Below are positions 17,742 through 32,069 of a stretch of 64,000 nt of DNA, piece by piece. Source of the DNA: the human T2T-CHM13v2.0 reference genome, Homo sapiens. The position numbers and the translations under genes were made by a program. The notes beneath the pieces were generated by a model. The model was not told the origin of the DNA. It did no database searches and saw nothing but the letters and a program-made list of their open reading frames with translations. How positions within the stretch are numbered: the first letter of the stretch is position 1; each line of letters opens with the position of its first letter. The stretch is taken from assembly GCF_009914755.1 (NCBI RefSeq), contig NC_060947.1, one strand, 5' to 3'.

Positions 17742-18036
17742 TTTTCAGTTTTTATTATTTTCTACAGTCTGGACCAAATTCTATTTTTTCTTGGTTACAA
17801 GTCTTCAAGATAATGTTTTCAATTTTTTTCCTTCTTTTTTCCCCCATTTTTCCTAATTAGGAGTCATTGAAAACTAAGCGTGCTTTCATAAAGCCCTGTG
17901 AACTGAAGTCAGACAACTTAAACTTTAGAAGAAAATAACAGCAACCCATTTACATACATAAACCACTTTCAAACCTGCCTACTGATTATGGACTTCAGAG
18001 TAATATGGCTTATACCAATTTTCCAGGATTGTTCTT

Positions 18037-18371
18037 TTGTTTGTTGTTGTTGTTTGTTTGTTTTTTGTTTTTTTGAGACGGAGTTTCACTCTGCCGCCCA
18101 GACTGGAGTGCAGTGGCGCAATCTCAGCTCACTGCTGCCTCTGCTCCTGGGTTCAAGCAATTCTCCTGCCTCAGCCTCCTGAGTAACTAGGACTACTAGT
18201 TACTAGTTAGTTGTCGTAATTACTAATGCCCGGCTAATTTTTTGTGTTTTTAATAGAGACAGGGTTTCACCATGTTGTCCAGGCTGGTGTTGAACTCCTG
18301 ACCTCAGATGATCTGCCCGCCTCGGCCTCCCAAAGTGCTGGTATTACAGGCGTGAGCTACCACACCCAGCC
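18037..18371 (-). mobile_element. AluS with an internal templated insertion
   Basis: Antisense dimer; non-Alu patch at about 18196-18226. Confidence 0.93.
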
Positions 18372-19512
18372 TGTTGTTGTTTTTCTCCCTATTTTCACTT
18401 CCTAGGATGTGAAACTTCACAACCTGCTAAAAATGAACTTTCCTAATAATTCAGGACCTAACCATCTAGAAATAAACCAACCGAGCCATAAGAGATCAGA
18501 CGAAACCTGAGACCAGAGACTCATTTTCTTCTGAAATGCTTTCTCCAAAAGATTTTTAAAAAGAAAAGGGGGGGAATGTGAAAGGAAATAAATCTTGGGA
18601 CCCCAAAATCACTAAGCTAAAGGGAGAAGTCAAGCTGGGAACTGCTTAGGGCAAACCTACCTCCCATTCTATTCAAAGTCACCCTTCTGCTCACCGAGAT
18701 GAATGCATATCTGATTCCCTCCTTTGGAGAGGCTCATCAGAAACTCAAAAGAATGCAACCATTTGTCTCTTATCTACCTAGGATCTGGAAGCCCCCTCAC
18801 CACTTCAAGTTGTCCCACTTTTTCTTCGAGTTGTTGTCCCCGCTTTCTGGACCAAACCAATGTTCATCCTACATATGATGATTGATGTCTCATGCCTCCC
18901 TAAAATGTATAAAACCAAACTGCACTCTGACCACCTTGGGCACATGTCATCAGGACCTCCTGAGGCTGTGTCATGGGTACATGTCCTCAACCTTGGCAAA
19001 ATAAAATTTCTAAATTAACCGAGACCTGTCTCAGATATTTGGGGTTCACATAACTCAGGCTTTAGCTTCCAGTGTTTAAAACCACACCTTGAGTCTTCCT
19101 TTCCAAAGCATGCCTTCCATGCTAGTGTGTCTGGATCCAGCCTCAATAACAGCAAAATTTGAGAGAAAAGCTTAAAAATATATAAAATATCCATGTAGGA
19201 GGCCTAACATCCATTCATATGAAATTCCAGAAAGAAAGCAAAAACAAGAGAGGGAAAGAGGTAATTTTAAAAACAGAAAAAAATGTCTCATAACTGAAGA
19301 AAGATCTCAGTTTGAAAGATCACTGAGTGGGAATTAGGATGAAAGAAAAAGCCTCACACCTAAACACAGCCTCATGAAACTCTAAAATATCAAGAATAAA
19401 GGGATGATACTTAAGGCTTCTAGAAAAAGGGAAAAAATGATGTACAAAGAAATGGAAATCTTCATTAGCAGCAATAGATGTAAACAAAGCAAAGCAAAAC
19501 AAACAAAATAAT

Positions 19513-19954
19513 TTTCACTCGTGTCCGTGCGAAGAGACCACCAAACAGGCTTTGTGTGAGCAACATGGCTGTTGATTTCACCTGGGCGCAGGCGGGCTGA
19601 GTCCGAAAAGAGAGTCAGGAAAGGGAGAAAGGGAGATAGGGGTGGGGCCGTTTTATAGGATTTGGGAAGGTAATGGAAAATTACAGTCAAAGGGGGTTGT
19701 TCTCTGGTGGGCAGGGGCGGGGGTCACAAGGTGCTTAGTGGGGGAGTTTCTGAGCCAGGAGAAGGAAATTCACAGGGTTAATCACTCAGTTAAGATGGGG
19801 CAGGAACAAATCACAATGGTGGAATGTCATCAGTTAAGGCGGGGCAGGGCCTTTTCACTTCTTTTGTGATTCTTCAGTTACTTCAGGCCATCTGGGCGTA
19901 TATGTGCAAGTCACAGGGGATGCGATGGCTTGGCTTGGGCTCAGAGGCCTGACA
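19513..19954 (-). promoter_or_regulatory. HERV-H 3' LTR (LTR7); TATA intact, poly(A) signal mutated
   Basis: Minus strand starts TGTCAGGCCTCTGAGCCCAAGCC; TATAAAA at 19651-19657; AATCAA at 19572-19577. Confidence 0.95.
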
Positions 19955-21940
19955 TTCCTGCCTTCTTATATTAATAATAAAAATAAAACAAAATAGTGTT
20001 GAAGTGTTGGGGCGGTGAAAACTTTTGGGGCTTGGTATGGAGAGAGAATGGGCGATGTTTCTCAGGGCTGCTTCAAGCGGGATTAGGGGCGGCGTGGGAA
20101 CCTAGAGTGGGAGAGATTAAGCTGAAGGGAGGTCCTGTGGTAAGGGGTGATATTGTGGGGATGTTAGAAGAAACATTTGTCGTATAGAATGATTGGTGAT
20201 GGCCTGGATACAGTTTTAGATGAATTGAGAAACTAAATGGAATAAGAGAAGGAGAAAAACAGGTATAAAAGGTCTAAGAATTGGGAGGACCTAGGACATC
20301 TGATTAGAGAGTGCCTAAGGAGATTCAGCATAGTCCCGCCAGCAAAGATTATTTATTTACTTCAAGAGTTTAGAGTGGCAGTTTGGGGATAGCACCAGGA
20401 GATATCAGCTGTGATGGCTTGGAAAAGCAGTGTAAACCGGCAGTGTAAACAAGAGCAGGGCATGTATGAGTAGTTGAGAACGGTGAATAGGAGTATGACT
20501 AGACAGAAGATAGTAGGGATGACAAGTTTTTTGGGGGCACAGTCTAAGTTGGTCTGGTGTCTGGAATGAGACTGGGGCCTAATAAAAAGGAGCGTCTATA
20601 CAGGAGCTTAAATGGGCTGTACCTTGTAGCATTCTGAGGACAGGCCTGAATTCTGAGAAGCTAAAATGGTAAAAGTATTGTCCAGTCCTTTTTAAGTTGG
20701 TGGCTGAGCTTGGTGAGGTGTGTTTTTAAAAGACCTTTAGTCCGTTCTACTTTTCTTGAAGACGGAGGACCGTAAGGGATATAAAGGTTTCACTGAATAC
20801 TAAGAGCCTGAAAAACTGCTTGGCTGATTTGACTAATAAAGGCTCAGCTGTTATCAGACTGTATTGAGGTGGGAAGGCTAAACTGAGGAATTATGTCTGA
20901 CAGAAGGGAAGAAATGACTATGGTGGCCTTCTCAGACCCTGTAGGAAAGGCCTTTACTTATTCAGTGAAAGTGTCTATTTAGACTAAGAGGTATTTTAGT
21001 TTCCTGACTCGGGACATGTTGAGTAAAGCTAATTTGCCAGTCCTGGGTGGGGGCAAATCCTGGAGCTTGATGTGTAGGGAAGGGAGGGGGCCTGAATAAT
21101 CCCTGAGGAGTAGTAGAATAGCACATGGAACACTGAGAAGTTATTTCCTTGAGGATAGATTTCCACGATGGAAAGGAAATGAGAGGTTCTGAGAGGCGGG
21201 CTAGTGGCTTGTACTATATAGCATAGCCTGCCTTTGCTGGTGTGTGGCGATTAGGCCTGATGGAACTGCCATCAATAAATCAAGCGTGATCAGGGTGAGG
21301 AACAGGAAAGAAGGAAATATGGGGAAATGGGGTGAATATCAGGTGGATCAGAGAGATACAGTCATGGGGGTCAGGTGTGGTATCAGGAATAATGTGGGAG
21401 GCCAGATTGAAGTCCAGGCCAGGAACAATGGTAATTGTGGGACTTAAAGAGTGAGTACAGCTGAAGGAGCCGGGGAGCAGAAAGTATATGCGTCAGGTAT
21501 GAGGAAGAAAATAGATTTTGGAAGTTATGAGACATGTAGAGAGTGAGGTGAGCATAGTTTGTGATTTTTAGGGCCTCTAACAGTATTAAAGCAGCGGCAG
21601 CCGCTACATGCAGACATGCGGGCTAGGCTAAAACAGTAAGGTCAAGTTGTTTGGACAGAAAGGCTACAGGGTGTGGTCCTGGCTCCTGTGTAAGAATTCT
21701 GACTGCACTAACCATGCCTAGGAAGGAAAGGAGTTGTTCTTTTGTAAGGGATTGAGGTTTGGGAGATTAATCGGACACGATCAGCAGGGAGAGCACGTGT
21801 GTTTTTATGAGAATTATGCCGAGATAGGTAACAGATGAGGATGAAATTTGGGCTTGATTGAAGTAATGGGGGCTGTCTGTGAAGCCTTGCGGCAGTACAG
21901 CCCAGGTAATTTGCTGAGCCTAATGGGTGTCAGGGTCAGT

Positions 21941-22333
21941 CTAAGTGAAGGCAAAGAGAGGCTGGGATGAAGGGTGCAAAGGAATAGTAAAGAAAGCATG
22001 TCTGAGATCCAGAACAGAATAATGGGTAGTAGAGGAAGGTATTGAGGATAGGAGAGTATATGGGTTTGGCACCAAGGGGTGGATAGGCAAAACAATTTGG
22101 TTGATAAGGCGCAGATTCTGAACTAACTTGTAAGGCTTGTCTGGTTTTAGGAGAGGTAAAATGGGGGAATTGTAAGGAGAGTTTATAGGCTTTAAAAGGC
22201 CATGCTGTAGCAGACGAGTGATAACAGGCTTTAATCCTTTCAAAGCATGCTGTGGGATGGGATATTGGCATTGATCGGGGTAAGAGTGATTAGGTTTTAA
22301 TGAGATGTTAAGGGGTGCATGATCGGTCGCCAA
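21941..22333 (-). pseudogene. pol: HERV-H pol reverse-transcriptase N-terminal fragment
   Basis: QYPIP..GLKPVITRLLQHGLLKPINSPYNSPILP..KPDKPYKLVQNLRLIN..PNPYTLL..YSVLDLRHAFFTIPLHPSSQPLFAFT is gammaretroviral RT; ends in a premature stop. Confidence 0.93.
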
Positions 22334-24058
22334 GGAAGGAGTAGAGGTATCTTATACTTGTGGGTTAAGGTGGGGGATACAAGAGGAGGACGCAAAGGAG
22401 GCTTTGGATTGGGAAGAAGGGCAGCAATGAGATGTAGCTGTAATCCAGGAATAGTCAGGGAAGCAGATAATTTAAAGTGTCTCGGCCTAATAAGGGAACT
22501 GGGCAGGTGGGGATAACTAAAAGGAGTGCTTAAAAGAGTATTGTCTAAGTTGGCACCAGAGTTGGGGAGTTTTAAGAGGTTTAGAAGCCTGGCGGTGAAT
22601 ACCTAACAACAGTTATGGAGGCAAGGGAAACAGGCCCTTGAAAAGAAGGTAATGTGGAGTGAGTAGCATCCATATTGATTAAGGGGACGGACTTACCTTC
22701 CACTGTGAGAGTTACTCGAAGCTCGGCGTCTGTGATGGTCTACAGGGCTTTTGAGGTGATCGGGCAGCGTCAGTCTTCAGCTGCTAAGCCGAGAAGGAGT
22801 CAGTCAGAGAGCCTTGGGCCAGAGTTCCAGGGGCTCTGGGAGTGGCTGCCAGGTGAGTTGAACAGTCCGATTTCCAGTGGGGTCCCGCACAGATGGGACA
22901 TGGCTTAGGAGGAATCCTGGGCTGCAGGCATTCCTTGGCTTGGTGGTCAGATTTCTGGCACTTGTAGCAAGCTCCTGGGGGAGGAGTTTCTGGAGGAACG
23001 CCTGGCTGCTGCGGTTCAGGCGTTTAGAAGTTCTTGTGTGCTGGAGATGTGGCTGGGGTTTGTCTCACAGTGGAGGCAAGGAATTGCAACTTTTTTTTTA
23101 TTATTGTACACCTTGAAGGTGAGGTTAATTAAGTCCTCTTGTGGGGTTTGAGGGCCAGATTCCAATTTTTGGAGTTTTATTTAATGTCGGGAGCAGATTG
23201 GGTAATAAAATGTATATTGAGAATAAGATGGCCTTTTGACCTTTTAGGGTCTAGGGCTGTAAAGGGTCTCAGGGTTGCTGCCGAACGAGCCATGAACTGG
23301 GCTGGGTTTTTATATTTGATGAAAAAGAGCCTAAACGCTTCTGATTTGGGATAAAGAAAAAGGAGCATTAACCTTGACTATGCCTTTGGCTCCAGCCACC
23401 TTTTTAAGAGTAAATTGCTGGGCAGGTGGGGGAGGCCTAGTCACAGAACGAAACTGTAAGCCGGACCAGGTGTGAGGAGGGGAGATGATAAAAAGATTAC
23501 AGGGTGGAGGAGCGGAGGCTGAGGAAGAATTGGAACCTAGCTTGGCCTGGCGAGGAGGGGAGAGGTCAGATGGGTCTGTAGAAAAGGAAGATTAGAGAGA
23601 CTCAGCGACGCTTGGGGTTGGGACTGAGGGGACAGGTGGGAGGGAAAGAAGGAAGATTTGGGACGAGTTGCACTGGGCACAGAGACTAGGAAGGGACTGA
23701 TGTGTAAAAGAATGCCTGGATGTCAGGCACCTCAGACCATTTGCCCATCTTACAATAAGAATTATTTAGATCTTGTAGGATGGAAAAATTGAAAGTGCCA
23801 TTTTCCGGCTATTTGGAACTACTCGAGTTTGTATTGGGGTCAAGCGACATTGCAGAAGAAAATAAGATGCTTAGATTTTAGGTCAGGTGAGAGTTGAAGA
23901 GGTTTTAAGTTCTTAAGAATATAGGCTAAGGGAGAAGAAGGAGGAATGGAAGGTGGAAGGTTGCCCATAGTGAAGGAGGCAAACCCAGAGAAAAGAGAGC
24001 ATAGAGACACGGAGGGAAGGGGTTCAGGGGTTCTTACCCTCCAGAAAAGCGGGAAGGG

Positions 24059-24172
24059 TGGTTGGGGCATGGAAATAAGGGATTGGGGCACAGAGATAAG
24101 AGGTTGGGGTGCAGAAATAAGGGATTGGGGCACAGAGATAAGAGGTTGGGGTGTGGAAATAAGGGATTGGGG
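24059..24172 (-). repeat. Alternating ~21-bp tandem repeat in the HERV-H leader
   Basis: GAAATAAGGGATTGGGG and CACAGAGATAAGAGGTTGGGG units alternate. Confidence 0.85.
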
Positions 24173-24779
24173 GTTCTTGCCCCCTAGAAAAGCGGGACTT
24201 GCTGCTAAGGGTGAAGGAGAAGGGGTTGAGGGGTACTTGCCCCTCCCCCAGAAAAGCAGAGAAGGGGTAGAGACACAGAGAGAAGGGGTTGGGGTACTTG
24301 CCCCTTCCCCAGAAAAGCAGGACTTGCCACTAAGGGTGAAGGACCAAGGCAGGCATCCCTGTGTGGTCTGACACCTTTGAAACATGGGTGAATAATCAGA
24401 GAGGCGTCCCTGCAATGATTAAACACCTAGGGAAGGCTGCCTTCCCAGTCCATGACCGGCGCCGGAGTTTTGGGTCCACGGATAAAACGTGTCTCCTTTG
24501 TCTCTACCAGAAAATGAAAGGAATTGAAATTAAGAGAAGGGAGAGATTGAAGGGTGGCACCAAGATTGAAAGGAGAAAGAGGTTGAGGGATAGTGAGGGA
24601 AGCTGGAGAAGAGAGTAAAAAGAGGCCGCTTACCAGATTTGAAATTGGTGAGATGTTTCTTGGGCTGGTCGGTCTGAGGACCTGAGGTCGTAGGTGGATC
24701 TTTCTCATGGAGAAAAGAGCAGGAGAACAGGGGATTGATCTCCCAAGGGAGGTCCCCTGATCCGAGTCACGGCACCAAA

Positions 24780-25211
24780 TTTCACTCGAGTCTGTGTGAA
24801 GAGACCACCAAATAGGCTTTGTGTGAGCAACATGGCTGTTTATTTCACCTGGGTGCAGGCAGGCTGAGTCCGAAAAGAGAGTCAGCAAAGGGAGATAGGG
24901 GTGGGGCCGTTTTACAGGATTTGGGAAGGTAATGGAAAATTAGTCAAAGGGGGTTGTTCTCTGGTGGGCAGGGGCGGGGGTCACAAGGTGCTCAGTGGGG
25001 GAGCTTCTGAGCCAGGAGAAGGAAATTCACAGGGTTAATCACTCAGTTAAGATGGGGCAGGAACAAATCACAATGGTGGAATGTCATCAGTTAAAGCGGG
25101 GCAGGGCCTTTTCACTTCTTTTGTGATTCTTCAGTTACTTCAGGCCATCTGGGCGTATACGTGCAAGTCACAGGGGATGCGATGGCTTGGCTTGGGCTCA
25201 GAGGCCTGACA
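24780..25211 (-). promoter_or_regulatory. HERV-H 5' LTR (LTR7); TATA mutated, poly(A) signal intact
   Basis: Adjacent to the PBS; TGTAAAA at 24910-24916; AATAAA at 24839-24844. Confidence 0.95.
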
Positions 25212-26304
25212 ATAATACCTGTGAATTTTGAGGGAAAATGACCTTGAACCTAGAATTCTATATTAGTCAAATATAAGAATAAAAATAAAAAGACATGTTT
25301 AGGCATGAGAGAACTCAGAAATTTTACCCCTAGCCCTCTTCTCTGAAAAAAATTACTTGAGGATGTATTCTAACAATAAAAAAAAAAAGAGATCCAAGAA
25401 AGAGAAAGACCTAGGATGTAAGAAACAGAGATGATAACCCAGGAATGCAATGAAAAAAAAAATCCTAAAATGGTAGCTGTGAAGGAGTGAGGCATAGAAA
25501 GAGTGGGTATATGTTAGAGCATTTAACAAGTCGTCTATGTGAACAATTGGAAGGTATCAGTAATATGGTGACAAAGGCACCTATATCTTCTGCCAAAAAA
25601 TAATTAGAAATTTTAAGAAAGGAAAACTTTCCCAAAAAGTCATGATCCATATATCAAACAATCTAAAATGTGGCATAACTCAGCAATTGGAGTGTAAGAA
25701 AAGAAAAACCATTTGAACTGGAAATTTGTACTATTTCCCTTCAAGTGGCCTAGGTATAGGGATACAGGATTACATCTCCTCCAGTGATCAAATCACACAT
25801 TCTGTTTTCTGCAACTAATAACATTTACAAAATTATAATTTTGTAAGTGATGTTTATTGGCTTTCAGAATCAACCTATAGAAAAAGTATGAAAGACAAAT
25901 ATAGTTATAGAATGGAATGTAAATATGAAAATGGTTTAAACTTTAACAATGTTAAAGTACTCAAATAACCAGGAGGAGTGGGGAGTAATTTCTTCATTTG
26001 ACACAGTAAGCCTCAAGAAGTAAGTGTAAATGGAAGCTTAAGTACATTATGCAAAGTGTTAATGGTAAACAATTGAGGAGCTAACAAAAAAGAGGAAAGT
26101 CAATACTGCTTAAAGGAAATAAATCAAGATTTCAAAGTAAAAGCATCTTATTAAGAATTATGGAAATAACCAACAGAAAAAAAAATCCCAGAAATGGTCA
26201 AAAGAAGCTCAAAGGTATCAAATGATACTCTGATTAGTAAGACTGAGGGTAAGAGCAGGAAGAATCTTTGTACTTTTAATTTTGTAACCTCCCACATAGC
26301 TATT

Positions 26305-28588
<2,284 letters not shown>

Positions 28589-29189
28589 TGTCCAATCCTG
28601 CTCTTTCTTAGGCTGATCAAGTCACCCCCAAATAGATGGCCAACCTCTACTGAGAGGGGCCTTCACATCCCTCTGCCTTGGCCAAACACTGTGTTCTTTG
28701 TACCTCATTCCCAGATTGAGCCAGCTGAAGCAAAACCCAGTGAAGACCACCTTTACCGTTTTTTAATAGAATACATAAAACCGCAGTCTACAGCATCTGC
28801 CTTCCCCTTTTCCACCACCATCGAGGAACACTGGCAGATAGGTAACTTACTAAGAGGCCTCAATGAAGTGGTCTGTCCCAGAGAAAGGGCAGGTTTGACC
28901 CAAGACAAATTCCAGATCCTCTGCTTAGAGCCGCAGGAAGAAATGCTGAAACCAAACCAAGCCAAACAACAGAAACCCCAGCAGTCTTTCATCTGCTCTA
29001 AATCTAGATGATTTCAAAAGTGTGTCCATCATGAAAAGATCCCTAGGGTTTTGCTTGTACTAGAAGAGCATAAACATTTACATTGCCTTTTTTCTGCTGA
29101 CAGAACAGTGAGAGGGAAGGGCCTCATCTGGCAACTTAAAGCAATACCATTCAATCATCCCAAAGCCAGTTCTTTGTGTATGTAAGTAG

Positions 29190-29530
29190 CTGCCCTTGCA
29201 GGAGGCTTAAGGTGCTGGGAGCTCAGGGTCCTGAGTCAAATGATCTGGCTTCAAATCTCACCTCTACCACTTACAGTTTGAACTATAAGGAAGCTGTATG
29301 GTGTTACAGAAAGTACACAGGCTCTGGACACTTGGCTGCCAAGTGTAAATCCCTGCTGCCCCACTTACCAGCTGTGTGGCCTTTATGATATACAGTGCCT
29401 CAGTTTCCTCATCTCTGAGATGATAGTTATACTCCCTGTAACATCACGGGACTGTTATGAGGCTTACATGGGACCATCCACAACCTCACCTACAGTAAAT
29501 GTTTACTAAATCTTAGTGATTATTATTCCA
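29190..29530 (+). mobile_element. MIR fragments
   Basis: GTGCCTCAGTTTCCTCATCT core. Confidence 0.8.
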
Positions 29531-30459
29531 TTCTGAGTCTATTTCTCATTCCTTGAAAATGAGAAGAGAAAGGGGCACTGCTCTGCATAATCATGTGAGG
29601 CACCATCGCCCCTGTGAGCTGGGAAAGTTGGGAGAAGGTTTCTTTTCTTCCATTTGGATTTAGACGGCATTCTCTCTGAGAATCTGTTGTTTAGCCTGAA
29701 GAGATAGACGTGCGTATGTGTTTCATCCAACCATCACCCACGGGATATCAGGAAAAACAAAAAAGCATTTATCTCTCTGTGACCCCTACTGATGGGGACC
29801 TTTGGAAAGCGATGACACCTGGAATGCCAGAGCCTACCCTAACCTGTCCATTTGGAAGGCTCAGAGCCATATGCCAGGCTGAATAACTAAGATGTGGGCC
29901 AGTGGGCTTCTAGGGAAGATAGAGGTGGGACCTGGGGCAAGACCAAGCCCTGTGAGTAGGTAGTGGGTGGAGCTTCATTTGATGGGTTGAAAGAAGAGGA
30001 AAAAAGTGAAGCTGAATTCAAGGAAGAAGGGCATGAGGGTTCTCTCTGTGATGGGCCTCTCTGGTGATTTTCTCTTGGTCTACAGACATGGACATGGGCA
30101 GTAGATTATTTTTTAAAAGTCCCCATACTTGAAATTCCTTTCAGTTATTCACAGGCCTTCTGCAAAATCTGTACAACCCTGGTGGTGATGTTGGGAAGTA
30201 TAAATGAGAGGACAGTATAGGAATGTATGGTGTCCCCTCATTCACTCACCAGTGTCTGTTTATCCTTCTTAGAAGGGGACTTGAGTGCTGGATTTCTGGA
30301 GGAGATCAGTGGAAAATTGAGTGTTGGTCCATGGAACAGCAGAGAAGAGTAGCCGCCAGATGAATGGCTCAGGGAGGGATGTGGGCCTAACCCTGTACTT
30401 TGTGATATGTATACTAGAAGAAAATGACTGGTAAAGGAGGAACAGCGAGATGACATTGG

Positions 30460-30640
30460 AGCTATTGTGTATCTTTGGGTGTGTTACTTAACATCCTGGT
30501 GCCTCAGTTTCCTCATCTGAAAAATGAGGATAATGATAGTACCTAGCACATAAGACTGTTATGAGGATAAAATGAGTTAACATTTGCAAAATATTTCAGT
30601 GACCAGCACACGTTAACCATATTAGAAGTGTTTGTTAAAT
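30460..30640 (+). mobile_element. MIR
   Basis: GCCTCAGTTTCCTCATCTGAAAAATGAGGATAATGATAGTACCT. Confidence 0.9.
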
Positions 30641-31179
30641 AAAATTAAAGTTCAACTGACAGAAGTGTGGAGTGACTGATAAATGATATATTGAAAATGC
30701 AGAGCTGGGCAGTAAAAATTTATCTTCCTCTTCAGGGGAAAGACACAAGTATTCTGGCCACGAGAATGTGTACTCCAATATGGAGCAGGGGGCCAGGGCT
30801 CCACTGCTTTCCATGTTAAGCTTATTTTCCCACAGAGGACCAGACTCCACCATGGTCTAATGCACATTTGTTTCCCGTCCAGCCAGAATACAAAGCAGAA
30901 AGGTGATTCCAACCCCAAGTGAAGAAGAATTTCCTTCTTGAAATACCCTTGCACATATGCACAAACATACATCAACAAGGGTGTTCACTGCAGCATTTCT
31001 TGTAATAGTGAAAAACAGGAGCCAATAGAAATTACAACTAACAAGGACTGGCCGACTGATAAAGATTAAACCAAAAAAAAAAAAAGAGGTGCATGTATGT
31101 GGATGTGCACTGATAAGTAGCCAAAATATACTGTTTCATGAAGAAAATAGAAGCAGAATAGTATGAATAAATGTCATCT

Positions 31180-31746
31180 TGTTACCAGTGGAGGATATCC
31201 AGGTTCTTGGCATTTTGAACAAAGAATTGGACAAAATGCATAAACAAAGCAAGGAAAGAATGAAGCAACAAAAGCAGAGATTTATTGAAAACGGAAGTAC
31301 ACTCCACAGTGTGGGAGCAGGCTGAGTAGAGGCTCAAGAGCCCTGGATACAGAATCTTCTGGGGTCCAAGTACCCCCTAGAGTTTCCCATTGGACACTTT
31401 GTGCTCACCTCATGTAAATAAAGTGGTGGCCCGCAATCAGTGTGATTCCAATCAGAGGCTGAAGTGAAGTTACAAAGTTACACCCAATTAGTATTGGTTG
31501 CAGCAACCAATTAGGGGCTGAAGTGAAGTTGCAAAGTTGCCCTCCTATGCAAAAAGCAACCAATCAGAGGTACTTTCAATTTCCCATCTGTGGTGCAGAA
31601 AAGGTGGGGGTTTGCAAAGGCAGTAGCCTCTGGTCCTTTTGTTACTTAGGCGTGGAAAGTTAGGGTTTTCCTTTCAATTTAGTTCTAGGAAGTCAGCATG
31701 AAACAGCTTTAGGTTCCCTGCCTCCAGACGTTATTCTCCTGCCTCA
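31180..31746 (-). mobile_element. MER51A-type solo LTR (ERV1)
   Basis: Minus strand begins TGAGGCAGGAGAATAACGTCTGGAGGCAGGGAACCTAA; TSD ATCT at 31176 and 31747. Confidence 0.9.
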
Positions 31747-31762
31747 ATCTCATCTGTGGGGG

Positions 31763-31806
31763 GTGTGTGTGTGTGTGTGTCTGTGTGTGTGTGTGTATCC
31801 CTTTCA

Positions 31807-31849
<43 letters not shown>
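31763..31849. repeat. Inverted (GT)n / (AC)n microsatellite pair
   Basis: GT run, short spacer ATCCCTTT, then CAG(AC)n. Confidence 0.95.
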
Positions 31850-31851
<2 letters not shown>

Positions 31852-32069
31852 TGTTTATCCACCCAGCAAAAACTCCTGGGTGGATAAACAAGAAAATGGT
31901 AACAGTGGTTACCCCTGCGGAATGGAGCTGCGGATGAGGGTAAAGGGAAAGGAGATTTCACTTGAATTTTGGGAGTTTATTTTTATTTTGGCTTATTTTC
32001 ACAATAAAACTAGTTTTTTGTGTTTTTTTTTTCTGATTATATAAGCAATATATGTTTATTCTTTTTTTC

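Larger units (their letters stand above)
19513..25211 (-). mobile_element. HERV-H provirus, ~5.7 kb common deleted form with degenerate gag/pol
   Basis: LTR7 at both ends; tRNA-His PBS TGGTGCCGTGACTCGGA (24761-24777, minus); PPT AAGAAGGCAGGAA; perfect 5-bp TSD ATAAT at 19508 and 25212. Confidence 0.98.
19150..26280 (+). mobile_element. Ancient L1ME/HAL1 ORF1-like fragment split by HERV-H
   Basis: A-rich ORF1-like sequence on both sides of the provirus (TGAAATTCCAGAAAGA...; GAACCTAGAATTCTATATT...). Confidence 0.6.

Noticed and set aside
23840-24888. 191-aa and 153-aa ORFs with repeated LISVPQ units
   Set aside because: They lie in the HERV-H LTR/leader tandem repeats, a normal feature of the family.
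28691-29011. 106-aa ORF downstream of the gypsy fossil
   Set aside because: Non-ATG start, no recognisable domain, and it lies in the putative LTR.
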